Below are positions 9,213 to 18,987 of a stretch of 64,000 nt of DNA, one piece after another. The notes under the pieces are model-generated. The model was not told the origin of the DNA, did not search any database, and saw only the letters and a program-made list of their open reading frames with translations. The position numbers and the translations under genes were made by a program. Position 1 is the stretch's first letter. Each line of letters opens with the position of its first letter. The DNA is from an uncultured delta proteobacterium (GTDB taxonomy: Bacteria; Desulfobacterota; Binatia; UBA9968), in the NCBI GenBank assembly GCA_963737905.1, contig CAVTUQ010000007.1, positions 96,001-160,000 of the forward strand. Reading direction: 5' to 3'.

Positions 9213-10136
9213 CTAGGCACGGATTTCAGCACGCATGAAGATGATATAGGAGATACCGAAGCATACTGCCACCAAGCCAAACAGCGTTGTGATGTGTGGC
9301 CAGATCAGGTTGAGGCTCTGGCCAAGCGCCAATGGAGTGGGCAAGATCCCCTCGGCCTGGCTTTGCAGAGCCATGCCGAAGACGCGAGCCGCCGGATTGA
9401 GCAGGATACTGACGCTTTCAGAAAAAAGCGTCGTCGGAGAAATTCGGCTGACGATATTCTCGACATCGGTTCTCCGGGCCAGCTGTTCCGGCGTAGACGG
9501 ATCGGGGACGATTATTCCGCCAATGGCTTGACTTATGATGACGACGAAGAGCGTCATGAAGAGCCATACTGCGATGGAGGCAAGGGCCGCGGTCACGGTC
9601 TTCTGAAAGAGCAATGAAAAGAGCATGGCGAGCGCAAGCCAAAAGCCGACATAGAAGACGCCCACCGCGGTAAAAATAAGCATACGCCAGAGCTCTTCAG
9701 CGTTGGGAGGAAAGCCCAGCAGCGTGATCCCCAAGCCGATCACCAGCAAGAGAATCGAGCCCCACAGAATCCCCACCGTTGCCAAGCCGGCAAAAAATTT
9801 TCCATTGATCAGACTGTCACGGTAGATGGGTTGCGAAAGGACGCGACTCAAAGTTCCGCTCGCATACTCCCCGCTGATGGAATCGAACCCCAGCGTTATA
9901 CCGACCAGGGGGCCGAAGAAGCCTAAAAAAGTCGCCAGCGAAAACACCGTGCCGGTACCCGACGTCAGCAAGAACAGGAAGACATATTGTACCGGGGCGT
10001 TTTCGGTGTCTTGACGGATGGCTTGGCCGGACGCGTAGGTGGCCCACAGCCCGATCAAGACGATGAGGGCAAGCAATATCATGAAACGACGGCTGCTGAA
10101 GTGATCGGCTAATTCCTTCCAGAAAACGACACCCAT
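9213..10136 (-). CDS. ABC-2 type exporter permease
   Basis: Multiple TM helices; LGFDSISGE...GTLSRVLSQPIYR...GKF motif. Confidence 0.9.
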   Translation of the reverse strand: MGVVFWKELADHFSSRRFMILLALIVLIGLWATYASGQAIRQDTENAPVQYVFLFLLTSGTGTVFSLATFLGFFGPLVGITLGFDSISGEYASGTLSRVLSQPIYRDSLINGKFFAGLATVGILWGSILLLVIGLGITLLGFPPNAEELWRMLIFTAVGVFYVGFWLALAMLFSLLFQKTVTAALASIAVWLFMTLFVVIISQAIGGIIVPDPSTPEQLARRTDVENIVSRISPTTLFSESVSILLNPAARVFGMALQSQAEGILPTPLALGQSLNLIWPHITTLFGLVAVCFGISYIIFMRAEIRA

Positions 10137-10138
10137 CT

Positions 10139-11071
10139 TTATGCCTCGCGGAAATATTTCAGATAGATTTCTTCTAGGGTCGGGTCTTCAGAACGGAGTT
10201 GCAGGAGCGAAATGTTTTTTCTTGCCAGTAACGATACAATTTCAGGACGAACGTCTCTGGTACAGCGGAGAAACAGGCCATGAGCCCGTTTCTCTATTTC
10301 ATCAATTCCATTAATGGCCCGCAGGTCGGTTTCTAGGCCATTGGCGCCACTCCCAACCTCCAATAGAAAGTTCCACTGCCGTTCCTTGAGAATCGCCCGC
10401 CCCAGGTCGTCCATTTTTCCCTGGACAATAAGTCGTCCTTTGACAATGATACCGATGCGACTGCAAATTGCTTGTACCTGCTCGAGCTGATGCGAAGAAA
10501 GCATCACCGTCAGATTTCGGTCGCGATTCAGCCCCTTGATTAACTCCAGGATTCGGATCGCCCCGTCCGGATCTATGCCGAGCGTCGGCTCATCGAGGAA
10601 GACGGCTCGGGGATTTTTAACCAGGACTTCGGCGATGCCTAAGCGTTGCTTCATGCCACGGGAGAACTCGCGAACGAGCCGGCGGCCGTCATCGCTCAAG
10701 CCCACCTGTTCTAAAACTTCCGTTGTCCTCCGACGAGCCTCGTCTTCCGGAATACGATTCAAACGGGCCATATAGAGGAGGTTCTCGCGAGCGCTCATGT
10801 CTCCATAAAACCCGGGATTTTCCGGTAGGTAGCCGACGCGGCGCTTTACTTCAAGAGATTCCCGCGTGGGATCGAAGCCGCAAACAGAAGCGCGTCCAGA
10901 GGTGGCCTCGGTGAGCCCAAGCAGCATCAGGATCGTAGTTGTCTTCCCGGCGCCATTGGGACCGAGGAAACCGAATATCTCGCCTTCCTGAACCGTGAGA
11001 TTGAGCGCGTTGACGGCGAGCTTGTCGTGGTAGCGCTTCGTAAGGTTCTGGGTTTCAACAACAGCGCTCAT
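10139..11071 (-). CDS. ABC transporter ATP-binding protein
   Basis: Walker A GPNGAGKTT, signature FSRGMKQR, Walker B FLDEP; ATG 11071 overlaps upstream stop (ATGA). Confidence 0.95.
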   Translation of the reverse strand: MSAVVETQNLTKRYHDKLAVNALNLTVQEGEIFGFLGPNGAGKTTTILMLLGLTEATSGRASVCGFDPTRESLEVKRRVGYLPENPGFYGDMSARENLLYMARLNRIPEDEARRRTTEVLEQVGLSDDGRRLVREFSRGMKQRLGIAEVLVKNPRAVFLDEPTLGIDPDGAIRILELIKGLNRDRNLTVMLSSHQLEQVQAICSRIGIIVKGRLIVQGKMDDLGRAILKERQWNFLLEVGSGANGLETDLRAINGIDEIEKRAHGLFLRCTRDVRPEIVSLLARKNISLLQLRSEDPTLEEIYLKYFREA

Positions 11072-12324
11072 CGGCGTCCTAGACGGAAAAATACCAAGGC
11101 CAGTCCCAAAACTACCAAGGCAACGATGCCGAAGCCGACCCAGCCCCATAGGGTCGGTGTGGAAACCGTGACCCTGAACTCCACAGATTTGTTGACTTCC
11201 GGGGCGTTGGCGGTGAGGGTCAAAAGATAATCCCCGGCGATGGTTCGATCCGGCGCGAGAATTTCCATCTTGATCTCCTTCACCTCGCCGGAGTTGAGTG
11301 CATCGATCTTGTCGGGCCTGAACTCGACCGTCCACTTATCATTAGGCTTTTTGCTGAGAAAGGATAGGTTGCGGATAGGTGCGGTGCCGGCGTTGCCGAC
11401 GAGAAAATCTACAGGCGTCTTCTTGCCGGCGGTCAGGGACGTATTAAGAGTGCCGGCAGCCGAGCCCATCTTGAGGTCCTGGGTGCCTTTGAGACTGACC
11501 TTCAAAGTGGTAGTCGCTTCAAAGGCTCCGGCGCGGGCGCGGATCGTCACCGGACTCTCCGCCGCTTCGGCTCGGGCGGGAGTGTCGATTTCGACGCTCA
11601 AGGTCTCGGTGGCGTTTTCCTTGAGCTGGATAGAGGAGATTTGGGTGTCACCGAACTGCGGCTTGAACCGCACCGTCCAGCCCGGCGGCGGCTGCGCAAC
11701 CAAGGAAACGGTCAGAGGCTTAGGGGTCTCGTTCTTGAGATCCACCGTGAACTTCAGTGTTTGACCCGACGCCGTGCTGAGCACGGGATACTGGCTTGTA
11801 AGCTTCAAACCGCCGGTCTCGACTTTTTTCGATGTTACACGAAAATTGACAGTCTCAGCATATTGCGTGGCCCCCCCCGTGTCCTTGGCAGTGACTTTGA
11901 CCTGGTAATTTCCGGGCTTGGTGGCTTCGGGAACTTTAGCTTTGAACTCGATCGTCGTAGATTTCGTTGCGGATTGGTCGCTCCCGGCCCCCGCCACCGT
12001 AACCGACCGAACCGGGTAGCTTGGATAACGCGAGTTGAAATTAACGTCCCACCCCTTGGGCACACCATCGATCGACAGACTTACTTCAACTGGATCCTTC
12101 GTCCGGTTCACGACCTCTGCGTCCATCGTGACTTCTTGACCTTGGCCGACGGTCAGATCCTTGAACGGCAGAATCAAATTGAACGTTTCTTTCGATTGAG
12201 CGATGCTCTGTTCGGTTTTTTCAGCGGCCAAGGCCAGGGAACCGCTAGCGACCGATGAGATAAGACAACAGGCTAAAACATAGCATGACGTTTGCGGGCG
12301 AAGTCGTTCAACCCCAATCCTCAT
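11068..12324 (-). CDS. Secreted, C-terminally anchored NEW3-like Ig-domain repeat protein
   Basis: Signal-like N-terminus, three repeats with P.GW.V.F, C-terminal TM helix ending FRLGRR; operonic with ABC genes. Confidence 0.8.
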   Translation of the reverse strand: MRIGVERLRPQTSCYVLACCLISSVASGSLALAAEKTEQSIAQSKETFNLILPFKDLTVGQGQEVTMDAEVVNRTKDPVEVSLSIDGVPKGWDVNFNSRYPSYPVRSVTVAGAGSDQSATKSTTIEFKAKVPEATKPGNYQVKVTAKDTGGATQYAETVNFRVTSKKVETGGLKLTSQYPVLSTASGQTLKFTVDLKNETPKPLTVSLVAQPPPGWTVRFKPQFGDTQISSIQLKENATETLSVEIDTPARAEAAESPVTIRARAGAFEATTTLKVSLKGTQDLKMGSAAGTLNTSLTAGKKTPVDFLVGNAGTAPIRNLSFLSKKPNDKWTVEFRPDKIDALNSGEVKEIKMEILAPDRTIAGDYLLTLTANAPEVNKSVEFRVTVSTPTLWGWVGFGIVALVVLGLALVFFRLGRR

Positions 12325-12645
12325 AGGAACTCCCTCCAGGGTGAATTTGTAGCAGATAAATAACCATAATAAATCCTACGGTCAAGGCCTATCAGATTAG
12401 ACTTTGATTAGATTTGAACGGAGGCCCAAATTTGGACCCGCAATCGAAGGGTTGGTTTCTACCCTCGAGTTGTTGTACTGAGTCGAAGCAAGGCAGCGAG
12501 CACCATTTCACAGGATAGTCATTCTTGCCTCTGGTTTTCAGATAGCGCAGGACCGCTTTCGCGTCAAGAGCTGGAGTGAGCTGCTTTCGGAAAAGTCCAA
12601 GCTAAAGCTCGAATAGCTAAATTATGAAAGGACAATACCGCACCG

Positions 12646-13687
12646 ATGAACGAAAGAGACTTCCCTGGCAAGGCTAAGGTTACCTTCGGTATTAGAGTAC
12701 CCAACTCCGGCCCCCTGGCATCGCCGGAGTCGATTGTGCAAGTTGCGCGGGAAGCCGAGTCGCTCGGCTACGATTCTATCTGGGTCCACGACCACCTAAC
12801 GTGGACGGAAGAGATTCACCGCACTCACATCTCTTCAGGATCCGAAGATTCGAAGTCCGACAACAGTCCGGATTTTTACGAAGCGATAACGACCCTTGCG
12901 TATCTTGCCGGACTCGTGCGGTCGGTTCGCCTCGGGATCGCCTGCCTGGTGGTTCCGTGCAGAAATCCGCTGCTCGCCGCCAAGCAAATCGGCATCCCTT
13001 GATCTGTTCTGTGACGGCCGGCTGGATATAGGTCTGGGCATCGGCTCGCCGTCAACGCTTAAATCGAGAGAGTACGAAGTGCTCGGGGTCAACAGAAAAC
13101 TCAGAGGGAAAATCGCCGATGATTACATCCGGGCGATGAAAACTATTTGGACGAGCCAGCCATCGACCTATGAAGGCAAGTTTGTCACGTTCAAGAACGC
13201 TGAGATCTGTCCCAAGCCGCGTCAGAAACCACATCCGCCCCTCTGGGTAGGAGGGTGGACCGAGGCGGCGATGAAACGAGCTGCGACTCTTGGCGACGGC
13301 TGGTTGCCCGCCTGGCTTTTGCCTGAGGATATCGAGAAAAGATTCCGGGAGCTCAAAGAGATGGCCGCAAACCTGGGCAGGAACCCGGAGGGTATCCATC
13401 TCGGCATCGAAGTGTATGGATGTGTGGATGAGGACTCAAAAAAGGCGCGGGAAGGTGGTCTCGGCACCCTCGCCATCGGACGCAGCACCTTTGAAAGACT
13501 TATGACAGTGGATCAGCTGGCGGACGTGAGCCTCATCGGATCCCCGGAAGAAATCCGCAGGACGATTCGTGCTTACGCCGATGCTGGCGTCTCGCACTTT
13601 GAAATCAAGTTCATTTACTCCACGCTCGAACGACATTCGGAAATGCTGCACCTTTTTGCGAAAGAAGTCTTGCCGGCGTTCCGCTGA
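12646..13687 (+). CDS. LLM-class oxidoreductase, split by a +1 frameshift near 12991 (probable consensus error)
   Basis: ORF 12646 gives AESLGYDSIWVHDH...RNPLLAAKQI; ORF ending 13687 continues ASLDLFCDGRL...PKPRQKPHPPLWVGG; one extra G at 12991-12992 separates them. Confidence 0.85.
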
Positions 13688-13739
13688 CCCAACAATGAAG
13701 CTCCGTTGGATTTCCCGTGAAAACCAATTCGGGCCTCGA

Positions 13740-14450
13740 TCAATTGCCGTCGCTCAAAAGGCGGCCGTACCCCGGCATGGGTTGTTTCATTCCCAGGGTC
13801 CGCAGCGCTTCCCAGACCCACGCCTGCGTGTTGGTTACCACCGGCTTGCCAGTTTGTTTTTCGATGCGGTCGATGACGGAAACGGTGCGCCACTTATTGC
13901 AAGGCATGTAGACGCCGTCGACGTCGGGGTGCTCGCGCAAGAGAGCCGTTGCCAAGTCATAGCCGGTTTCCGGAGGAAGCGCCCAGATCACATCGGAATT
14001 CGGACAGCCCAGGCCGCGAAAGCCCACGACATCGATGCCGTCGTGAGCCAGAAAGCGAACCAGACGTTCGTCCTGGTCTTCGGGAAACGGACTCGCCATC
14101 ACCACCCGCTTGAACCTAAGCGCTTGACATCCTCGGACGACCGCGGTGAGCACTGTCGAAGCGGGCGTCGGCGTGATCTCTTTGACCAGGTTGAGAATCG
14201 GTCGATCCGAGCCGGGACCCTTATAAGAAAGAAACAGCTCACCCGTCACCATGAGAAAATCCAACGGAAGGCGAGCCAGATCGCGGACGAGATCCGCGAA
14301 CGCTTGCTCGGCTCTATTGAACTCGTCGTCGGTGTATTTGCCCACATTGAGTGCCCGTCCCTCGATGCGAATTCCCTCCGGTAGAATCCTGTACACATCC
14401 ACCAAAGTGTCCTCGCTGAGATTGGGCGAGATGAGTCCGATCAGTTTCAT
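13740..14450 (-). CDS. Asp/Glu racemase superfamily protein (maleate isomerase / arylmalonate decarboxylase-like)
   Basis: IGLISP, SPF, YMPCNKW, IEKQTGKPVVTNTQA..WEALR. Confidence 0.88.
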   Translation of the reverse strand: MKLIGLISPNLSEDTLVDVYRILPEGIRIEGRALNVGKYTDDEFNRAEQAFADLVRDLARLPLDFLMVTGELFLSYKGPGSDRPILNLVKEITPTPASTVLTAVVRGCQALRFKRVVMASPFPEDQDERLVRFLAHDGIDVVGFRGLGCPNSDVIWALPPETGYDLATALLREHPDVDGVYMPCNKWRTVSVIDRIEKQTGKPVVTNTQAWVWEALRTLGMKQPMPGYGRLLSDGN

Positions 14451-14467
14451 TGCAGACCTCCAAGATG

Positions 14468-14836
14468 TTAGCGTTTGGGGGATGCTTCGACGATCTTTAG
14501 TGCTTCTTGCGCCGCTTTGGCGACCTCCGGATTCCGGTCGTTGGTGAATTGTCTGAGTTGAGGGATAAGTGCCGGATCTCCGATCGATCCCAGAACCGTC
14601 AGTACGATTGGAAGGTTCTCTCGCCTATTCAAAGACTCTTGTAACAAAGGCTCAGCCCGTGTCCCGCTCTTTGCGAGTAATATACCGGCAATACTCCGAA
14701 TGTTCTCATCTGGCGATCCTAGGGCCCTAACCAAAGCGCGGCCAGCTGAAGTCATACCCAGCCAATACCAAAGTGCGCGGTAAACGAACAGGCGTAGCGC
14801 ACCTAAGAACAACCGCATTGATCGCGATCCTAGCAC
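14468..14836 (-). CDS. Small HEAT/PBS-lyase repeat protein
   Basis: LGSPDENIRSIAGILL, LGSIGDPALIP.L...DRNPEVAKAAQEAL; alternative start 14818. Confidence 0.75.
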   Translation of the reverse strand: MLGSRSMRLFLGALRLFVYRALWYWLGMTSAGRALVRALGSPDENIRSIAGILLAKSGTRAEPLLQESLNRRENLPIVLTVLGSIGDPALIPQLRQFTNDRNPEVAKAAQEALKIVEASPKR

Positions 14837-14839
14837 GGG

Positions 14840-15937
14840 CTATGGCGGGATCACAGAAGGGAGATTGTATCTTTGCCAAACAACAGGGTCATGCGTTGCA
14901 GAATGATCAAACCAGATCGGCAGAATCTTTTCTCTAATTCTTGGATCGCTAAATTTCTGACCGCCGCCATCTGCCAGGATCACGAGGTCGAGTTTGACTC
15001 TTATGGACACGACGGGGCCTGTCCTTGAGAAGTCGGGCATATAGATAGGGTGCACGGGGCAGCTCAGCAAGACCAACGGTCCGGTATCGAGACCATTCTG
15101 AGTGGCAAGCATGGCGACACTACCGCCATGGCTATGGGTTAACAAGTACGGATTTTGAATGGCGTGCGCCGCCAACCACGCCTGAAGCTCGATAGCCGCG
15201 ATCGCTCGCGCGGCTTCGCTATACGCGCCCGACCAGGAAAACGCATCTGCATTCGCATACAGGTCAGGACGAATCCCGTTCAGCAGGTAGGAATGAAAAT
15301 CTCCGCCGGGCTTCCACCATTGCTCGTTTGCCGCCCACGTCCCATGAACGAGCAGTGACGTGTGGGCCGAAGAACCTCGCCTCCGACGCGGCGGTGCTTT
15401 TCTGAGCTCCAGAAGACGCGGACTTTCCGGTGCCAGCCGGGCCAAACCGGTCGCCGCAACAGCTCGGACAAGTTCATCTTCGCTACGAGTGCAGTCTTCC
15501 AAGATCCCGATCAGACGGCTCGGTTCTGACGTGAGTCCAAAATAAGAAATGGCCGCAGCCGATCTGACAAGCGGGTGTGGATGCCGAAGGCATGCCTCCA
15601 TCAAGCTAGCGGCCGCCACTAGATCGGGCTTTGTCCCGAAGGCGCTGGCGAGGCGCCGAAACCTTGTTGCCGGAAGCGACTGCCTTTCAGAACCTAGTGG
15701 TCCTAGCCGAAGTTGAGATTCCACCTCCTCGAGTTTGACTCGTCGACCGGCTGCGGAAACAGAGGGCACTCTAAGGGTCCTTCTTGCACTTTGGTATTGA
15801 GACAACATGGCCCGGTTTCGACGCAGTCCTGGCTCCATCAGCAATAAAATAGCCGCCTGCGATAATATTGCCGCGTCGCTGGTCGCTCCAAAGGCTCTCG
15901 GAAATGCAATTGGTTTTGTGACGGCTCTGTACGGCAT
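14840..15937 (-). CDS. HEAT-repeat plus alpha/beta-hydrolase-like protein
   Basis: HEAT motifs HPLVRSAAA and DELVRAVAA; hydrolase motifs LLVHGTW, THSHGG, LVLLSCP; AAAGGAG RBS before ATG 15937. Confidence 0.7.
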   Translation of the reverse strand: MPYRAVTKPIAFPRAFGATSDAAILSQAAILLLMEPGLRRNRAMLSQYQSARRTLRVPSVSAAGRRVKLEEVESQLRLGPLGSERQSLPATRFRRLASAFGTKPDLVAAASLMEACLRHPHPLVRSAAAISYFGLTSEPSRLIGILEDCTRSEDELVRAVAATGLARLAPESPRLLELRKAPPRRRRGSSAHTSLLVHGTWAANEQWWKPGGDFHSYLLNGIRPDLYANADAFSWSGAYSEAARAIAAIELQAWLAAHAIQNPYLLTHSHGGSVAMLATQNGLDTGPLVLLSCPVHPIYMPDFSRTGPVVSIRVKLDLVILADGGGQKFSDPRIREKILPIWFDHSATHDPVVWQRYNLPSVIPP

Positions 15938-15974
15938 CGTCGCTCCTTTCAAACTCTCAGCATTCGTTGGGCGG

Positions 15975-16664
15975 TCACAGAATGTTGATGGCGCGCGCGG
16001 CTAGGAGCGCAATGATCAACAACGAGAGCAGCGATTGCAGCATCATCAGGATCTTAGCCCATCTCGCAAGCGCCGGTACGTCGGTCGGCGAAAAGGCGGT
16101 GCTGGTGTTGAAGGCCAGAAACAAATAATCAATGAAATTCGGTGACCAGTTCTGCTGGCCTGCTTCTCTCAACGCTTCTTTGCTCATCGTCATCTGCGGA
16201 AAAAGGAACGCCCCGTCGGAGTGTCCCGGAACTTTATCCCGTTGATACGGTCCTCCGGCGTCCAATCGCCAATACCATAGAGCAAAAACTAAGATATTTG
16301 TGATCCAAAGCGATGCTGCTGAGAGCAAAAGTTGTTGTGGCGTCTCTTTCTTAGTGGGCAGTGCGGCAATCAGGAGGATCACAGAGATGATCAGTCCAAC
16401 GGTGAGTACCCCATCCACTGTAAAGCCAAATACGGCATTCAGACGATGCCTGCCGGTATGATAGGAGACGACGCTCGGAATCAGCAAAGCCAGAACGACG
16501 GAAAGGAAGAGCCAGCGCGGTCCGAAAGTAAGCGCCTCTGGTAACGCTGTATAGAGCCCGCCGACTGCCAGAACCGCAACAACAGCGGGCCAGCGCGGTT
16601 CCCGATCAGGCTCTTCAGCGGGATCTTCCGCACGCCTCGGCGTCTTCAGGCTCTCCATCACCAT
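15975..16664 (-). CDS. Integral membrane protein (DUF1345-like)
   Basis: TM helices with FALWYWRLD.GGP, FLFPQ, PNFIDYLFLAFNTSTAFSPTD. Confidence 0.8.
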   Translation of the reverse strand: MVMESLKTPRRAEDPAEEPDREPRWPAVVAVLAVGGLYTALPEALTFGPRWLFLSVVLALLIPSVVSYHTGRHRLNAVFGFTVDGVLTVGLIISVILLIAALPTKKETPQQLLLSAASLWITNILVFALWYWRLDAGGPYQRDKVPGHSDGAFLFPQMTMSKEALREAGQQNWSPNFIDYLFLAFNTSTAFSPTDVPALARWAKILMMLQSLLSLLIIALLAARAINIL

Positions 16665-16843
16665 GATTGCAATAATGCCTTAGATCGGATCGCTTGGCTA
16701 GTCGTGCAAATAGAGTGGGTGGCTCCCTGTGTACCGTTAGTTAAAGACTACCACGATGCTATTCCCGATCGAGCTCGATCCGCTCAGTGTTGCCGGTCCC
16801 GGTCTAGAGCCGCTGAAGCGGCCTTAGAGTGGAAAATGAACAG

Positions 16844-17060
16844 CATTGGTTCTAAAGATAAGTATTAGACAATTGCGGTTCCTAAGAAACCGAGGGTCAA
16901 GCTCGTCCAAGCGCGGGCAATGGGTCTGTGCCTTGTCGGCCACCACCCGATCCATCCCAGAGGTGGTTATTCCAACGGCTCGGGCCTGAACGCTTGCTTT
17001 AGGTTCGGTGCCCGCGCTTCCACGACTCGTCCCTTCGTTTCTTATGTCTATTAACCAATG
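16844..17060 (+). ncRNA. Candidate structured RNA or palindromic element (copy A of a two-member family)
   Basis: Nested inverted repeats CATTGGTT/AACCAATG, TAGACA/TGTCTA, TAAGAAAC/GTTTCTTA, AAGCGCGGGCA(16909-16919)/TGCCCGCGCTT(17009-17019); core similar to element at 29660-29911; strand inferred only from alignment with copy B. Confidence 0.55.
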
Positions 17061-17113
17061 AACTCCTTGGTAAGTGCACGAGCCCCTTTGTGGCTCGCGC
17101 AAAGAGATTGCGT

Positions 17114-18019
17114 ATGGGATACTATCTGAAATCCGGAAAAAGTGTCTGTTGGCCGGTTCTGCTCATCGCGTTGTTATTGCCGATCAGAGTACATGCGCAA
17201 ACCGATAATCAAGAACAGGTGGCAAAAGGCGATTATATTTTCTCCCTCGCGGGTGGTTGTGCTTGCCACAGCGATCCGAAGGGGACGCCACACGCTGGCG
17301 GAAGACCATTTCCCATCCCCTTCGGCACCGTTTACAGCACCAACCTCACCGCGGACGTAGACACGGGCCTTGGCGGCTGGACGGATCAACAGATTTTTGA
17401 CGCTGTAACCAAAGGGGTGACTCGCAACGGAGGTAGAACCTTGCCGCTCATGCCGTACGGTCCGTATTCGGGTATGGCCCGGGACGATCTCAGGGCGTTG
17501 ATCGCATTCCTGCGCACTCTTAAGCCGGTCAGAAAGCCGACGCCGGAATTGCAGACATCGGTTCCCATGCTTCGCAGCATTGCCGCCGAAGGATGGTTAA
17601 AGGCCTTTGGGCAGTTTTTTACTTCGCCTCCGACAGCGCCGAAGAGCGGTATTGAACGCGGCAAATATTTGACCGAGCATGTCGCGATCTGTGGCGATTG
17701 TCATACGCCGAGAAGCTCCATCGGTGTTCCAAACCGGTCGATGTACATGGCGGGAGCGGGCAAAGACATCGGTCCTCTAGGTGAGCTTGTTCCCAACATC
17801 ACCCCCGACAAAGAGACGGGAATCGGCGCCTGGAAGCGTGAAGAGATCGCCAACTTGCTAGTCACCGGCACGAAACCTGACTTGGATTACGTGCGCGGGC
17901 TCATGTACGATGCGATCCAGGGCACGTCCCATGGCTATCGCAATATGACTCGTGAAGATGCTCTGGCGATCGCGGATTACATCAAGTCGATCCCTGCGAT
18001 CAAGAATAAGGTTAAGTAA
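17114..18019 (+). CDS. Periplasmic diheme cytochrome c
   Basis: Signal peptide, two CxxCH motifs (CACH variant and CGDCH), NLT/NITPD.ETGIG.W repeats. Confidence 0.88.
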   Translation: MGYYLKSGKSVCWPVLLIALLLPIRVHAQTDNQEQVAKGDYIFSLAGGCACHSDPKGTPHAGGRPFPIPFGTVYSTNLTADVDTGLGGWTDQQIFDAVTKGVTRNGGRTLPLMPYGPYSGMARDDLRALIAFLRTLKPVRKPTPELQTSVPMLRSIAAEGWLKAFGQFFTSPPTAPKSGIERGKYLTEHVAICGDCHTPRSSIGVPNRSMYMAGAGKDIGPLGELVPNITPDKETGIGAWKREEIANLLVTGTKPDLDYVRGLMYDAIQGTSHGYRNMTREDALAIADYIKSIPAIKNKVK

Positions 18020-18090
18020 ATCTCCTTAGTGAATCCGGTGATCGGCTGTCTGAGATTCACGCAAAGCCGAAAAAATATTCGGAGGCGACA

Positions 18091-18621
18091 ATGGCGAATG
18101 TTATAGGCCTCGGTCACGTTGGGATCTATGTTCGGGACTTGGAGCGGATGGTTGGGTTTTACCGAGACACTCTTGGAATGCGTGTCACCAAGCAGAACTG
18201 GCGAGCGGGGATTGTATTCTTGACCGCGGATCCCGACGCCGCCGATCACGAGATCGCACTTTTTCGCGGGCGCCCGGAAGACGCCGATTCGCAACTAATC
18301 AATCAGATCTCGCTCCGTGTCGTGACCCTCGATGATCTGCGGAGCTTTCATCGGAAATTGGTTGTCGAGGGCTATCGCATCGACGCGGTGGTCAACCACG
18401 TGAGTGCGCTCGGCTGCTACTACTTCGACCCGGAAGGCAATCGTTCAGAAGTATTTTGGGTTACCGGGCGAGCTTGTTGGGTGCCGATTGCGCATTTGAT
18501 TGATATTGAACAGCCGGACGAAGCCGTATTCGCCGAGGTCGATCAGATATGGGCAAGACTGCAGCACGTCGGTATGGGTGAGCGAATGGCAAATGAACCC
18601 GCCACCTTGCAGCTTGATTAG
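18091..18621 (+). CDS. VOC / glyoxalase-like family protein
   Basis: LGHVGIYVRDLERM..FY...LG, YYFDPEGNRSE. Confidence 0.9.
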   Translation: MANVIGLGHVGIYVRDLERMVGFYRDTLGMRVTKQNWRAGIVFLTADPDAADHEIALFRGRPEDADSQLINQISLRVVTLDDLRSFHRKLVVEGYRIDAVVNHVSALGCYYFDPEGNRSEVFWVTGRACWVPIAHLIDIEQPDEAVFAEVDQIWARLQHVGMGERMANEPATLQLD

Positions 18622-18646
18622 CCTGAAGCGAAGAGATCTTCGCCCG

Positions 18647-18860
18647 CAAACCCTCACGCAGGTGTACGAGGCAGCGGTGCGAGCACCGACTTGTCGAGGA
18701 TTTTTACACAACAGCTAAGAGCTCTAGCGAGCGCTCCCAGACCGCTGAGGCCGACGCCCAGCACGCGGCTCGGGAGATCGCGAAGCAGCTCGCAAAGTTT
18801 TTCGTCGAACAGCGCTGGATCACCCAGGATCAGGCCGACAAACTTTTCTGGGATCGCTAG
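18647..18860 (+). pseudogene. Degraded 3' remnant of a lipoprotein gene (DUF4410-like, tentative)
   Basis: Start-less frame VEDFYTTAKSS...TAEADAQHAAREIAKQLAKFFVEQRWITQDQADKLFWDR*; family assignment from recalled similarity only. Confidence 0.4.
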
Positions 18861-18987
18861 CCTCTGCCAAGTTCATTTTTTTGGCGGGTGGAAAAAAAGG
18901 CTCGGCAAAGCCGAGACGAAAAAGCATGCCGATGAAGATACGGAAGGAGAGAATTGGTCTCGTGGAAGAGGAGACCGAAAAACGGCG

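Noticed and set aside
12985-13000. Programmed frameshift in the LLM gene
   Set aside because: No slippery sequence; a single extra G fits the error pattern seen in hisS.
16824-17102. 92-aa minus-strand ORF over the hairpin element
   Set aside because: No motif or clear RBS; region is better explained by nested inverted repeats.
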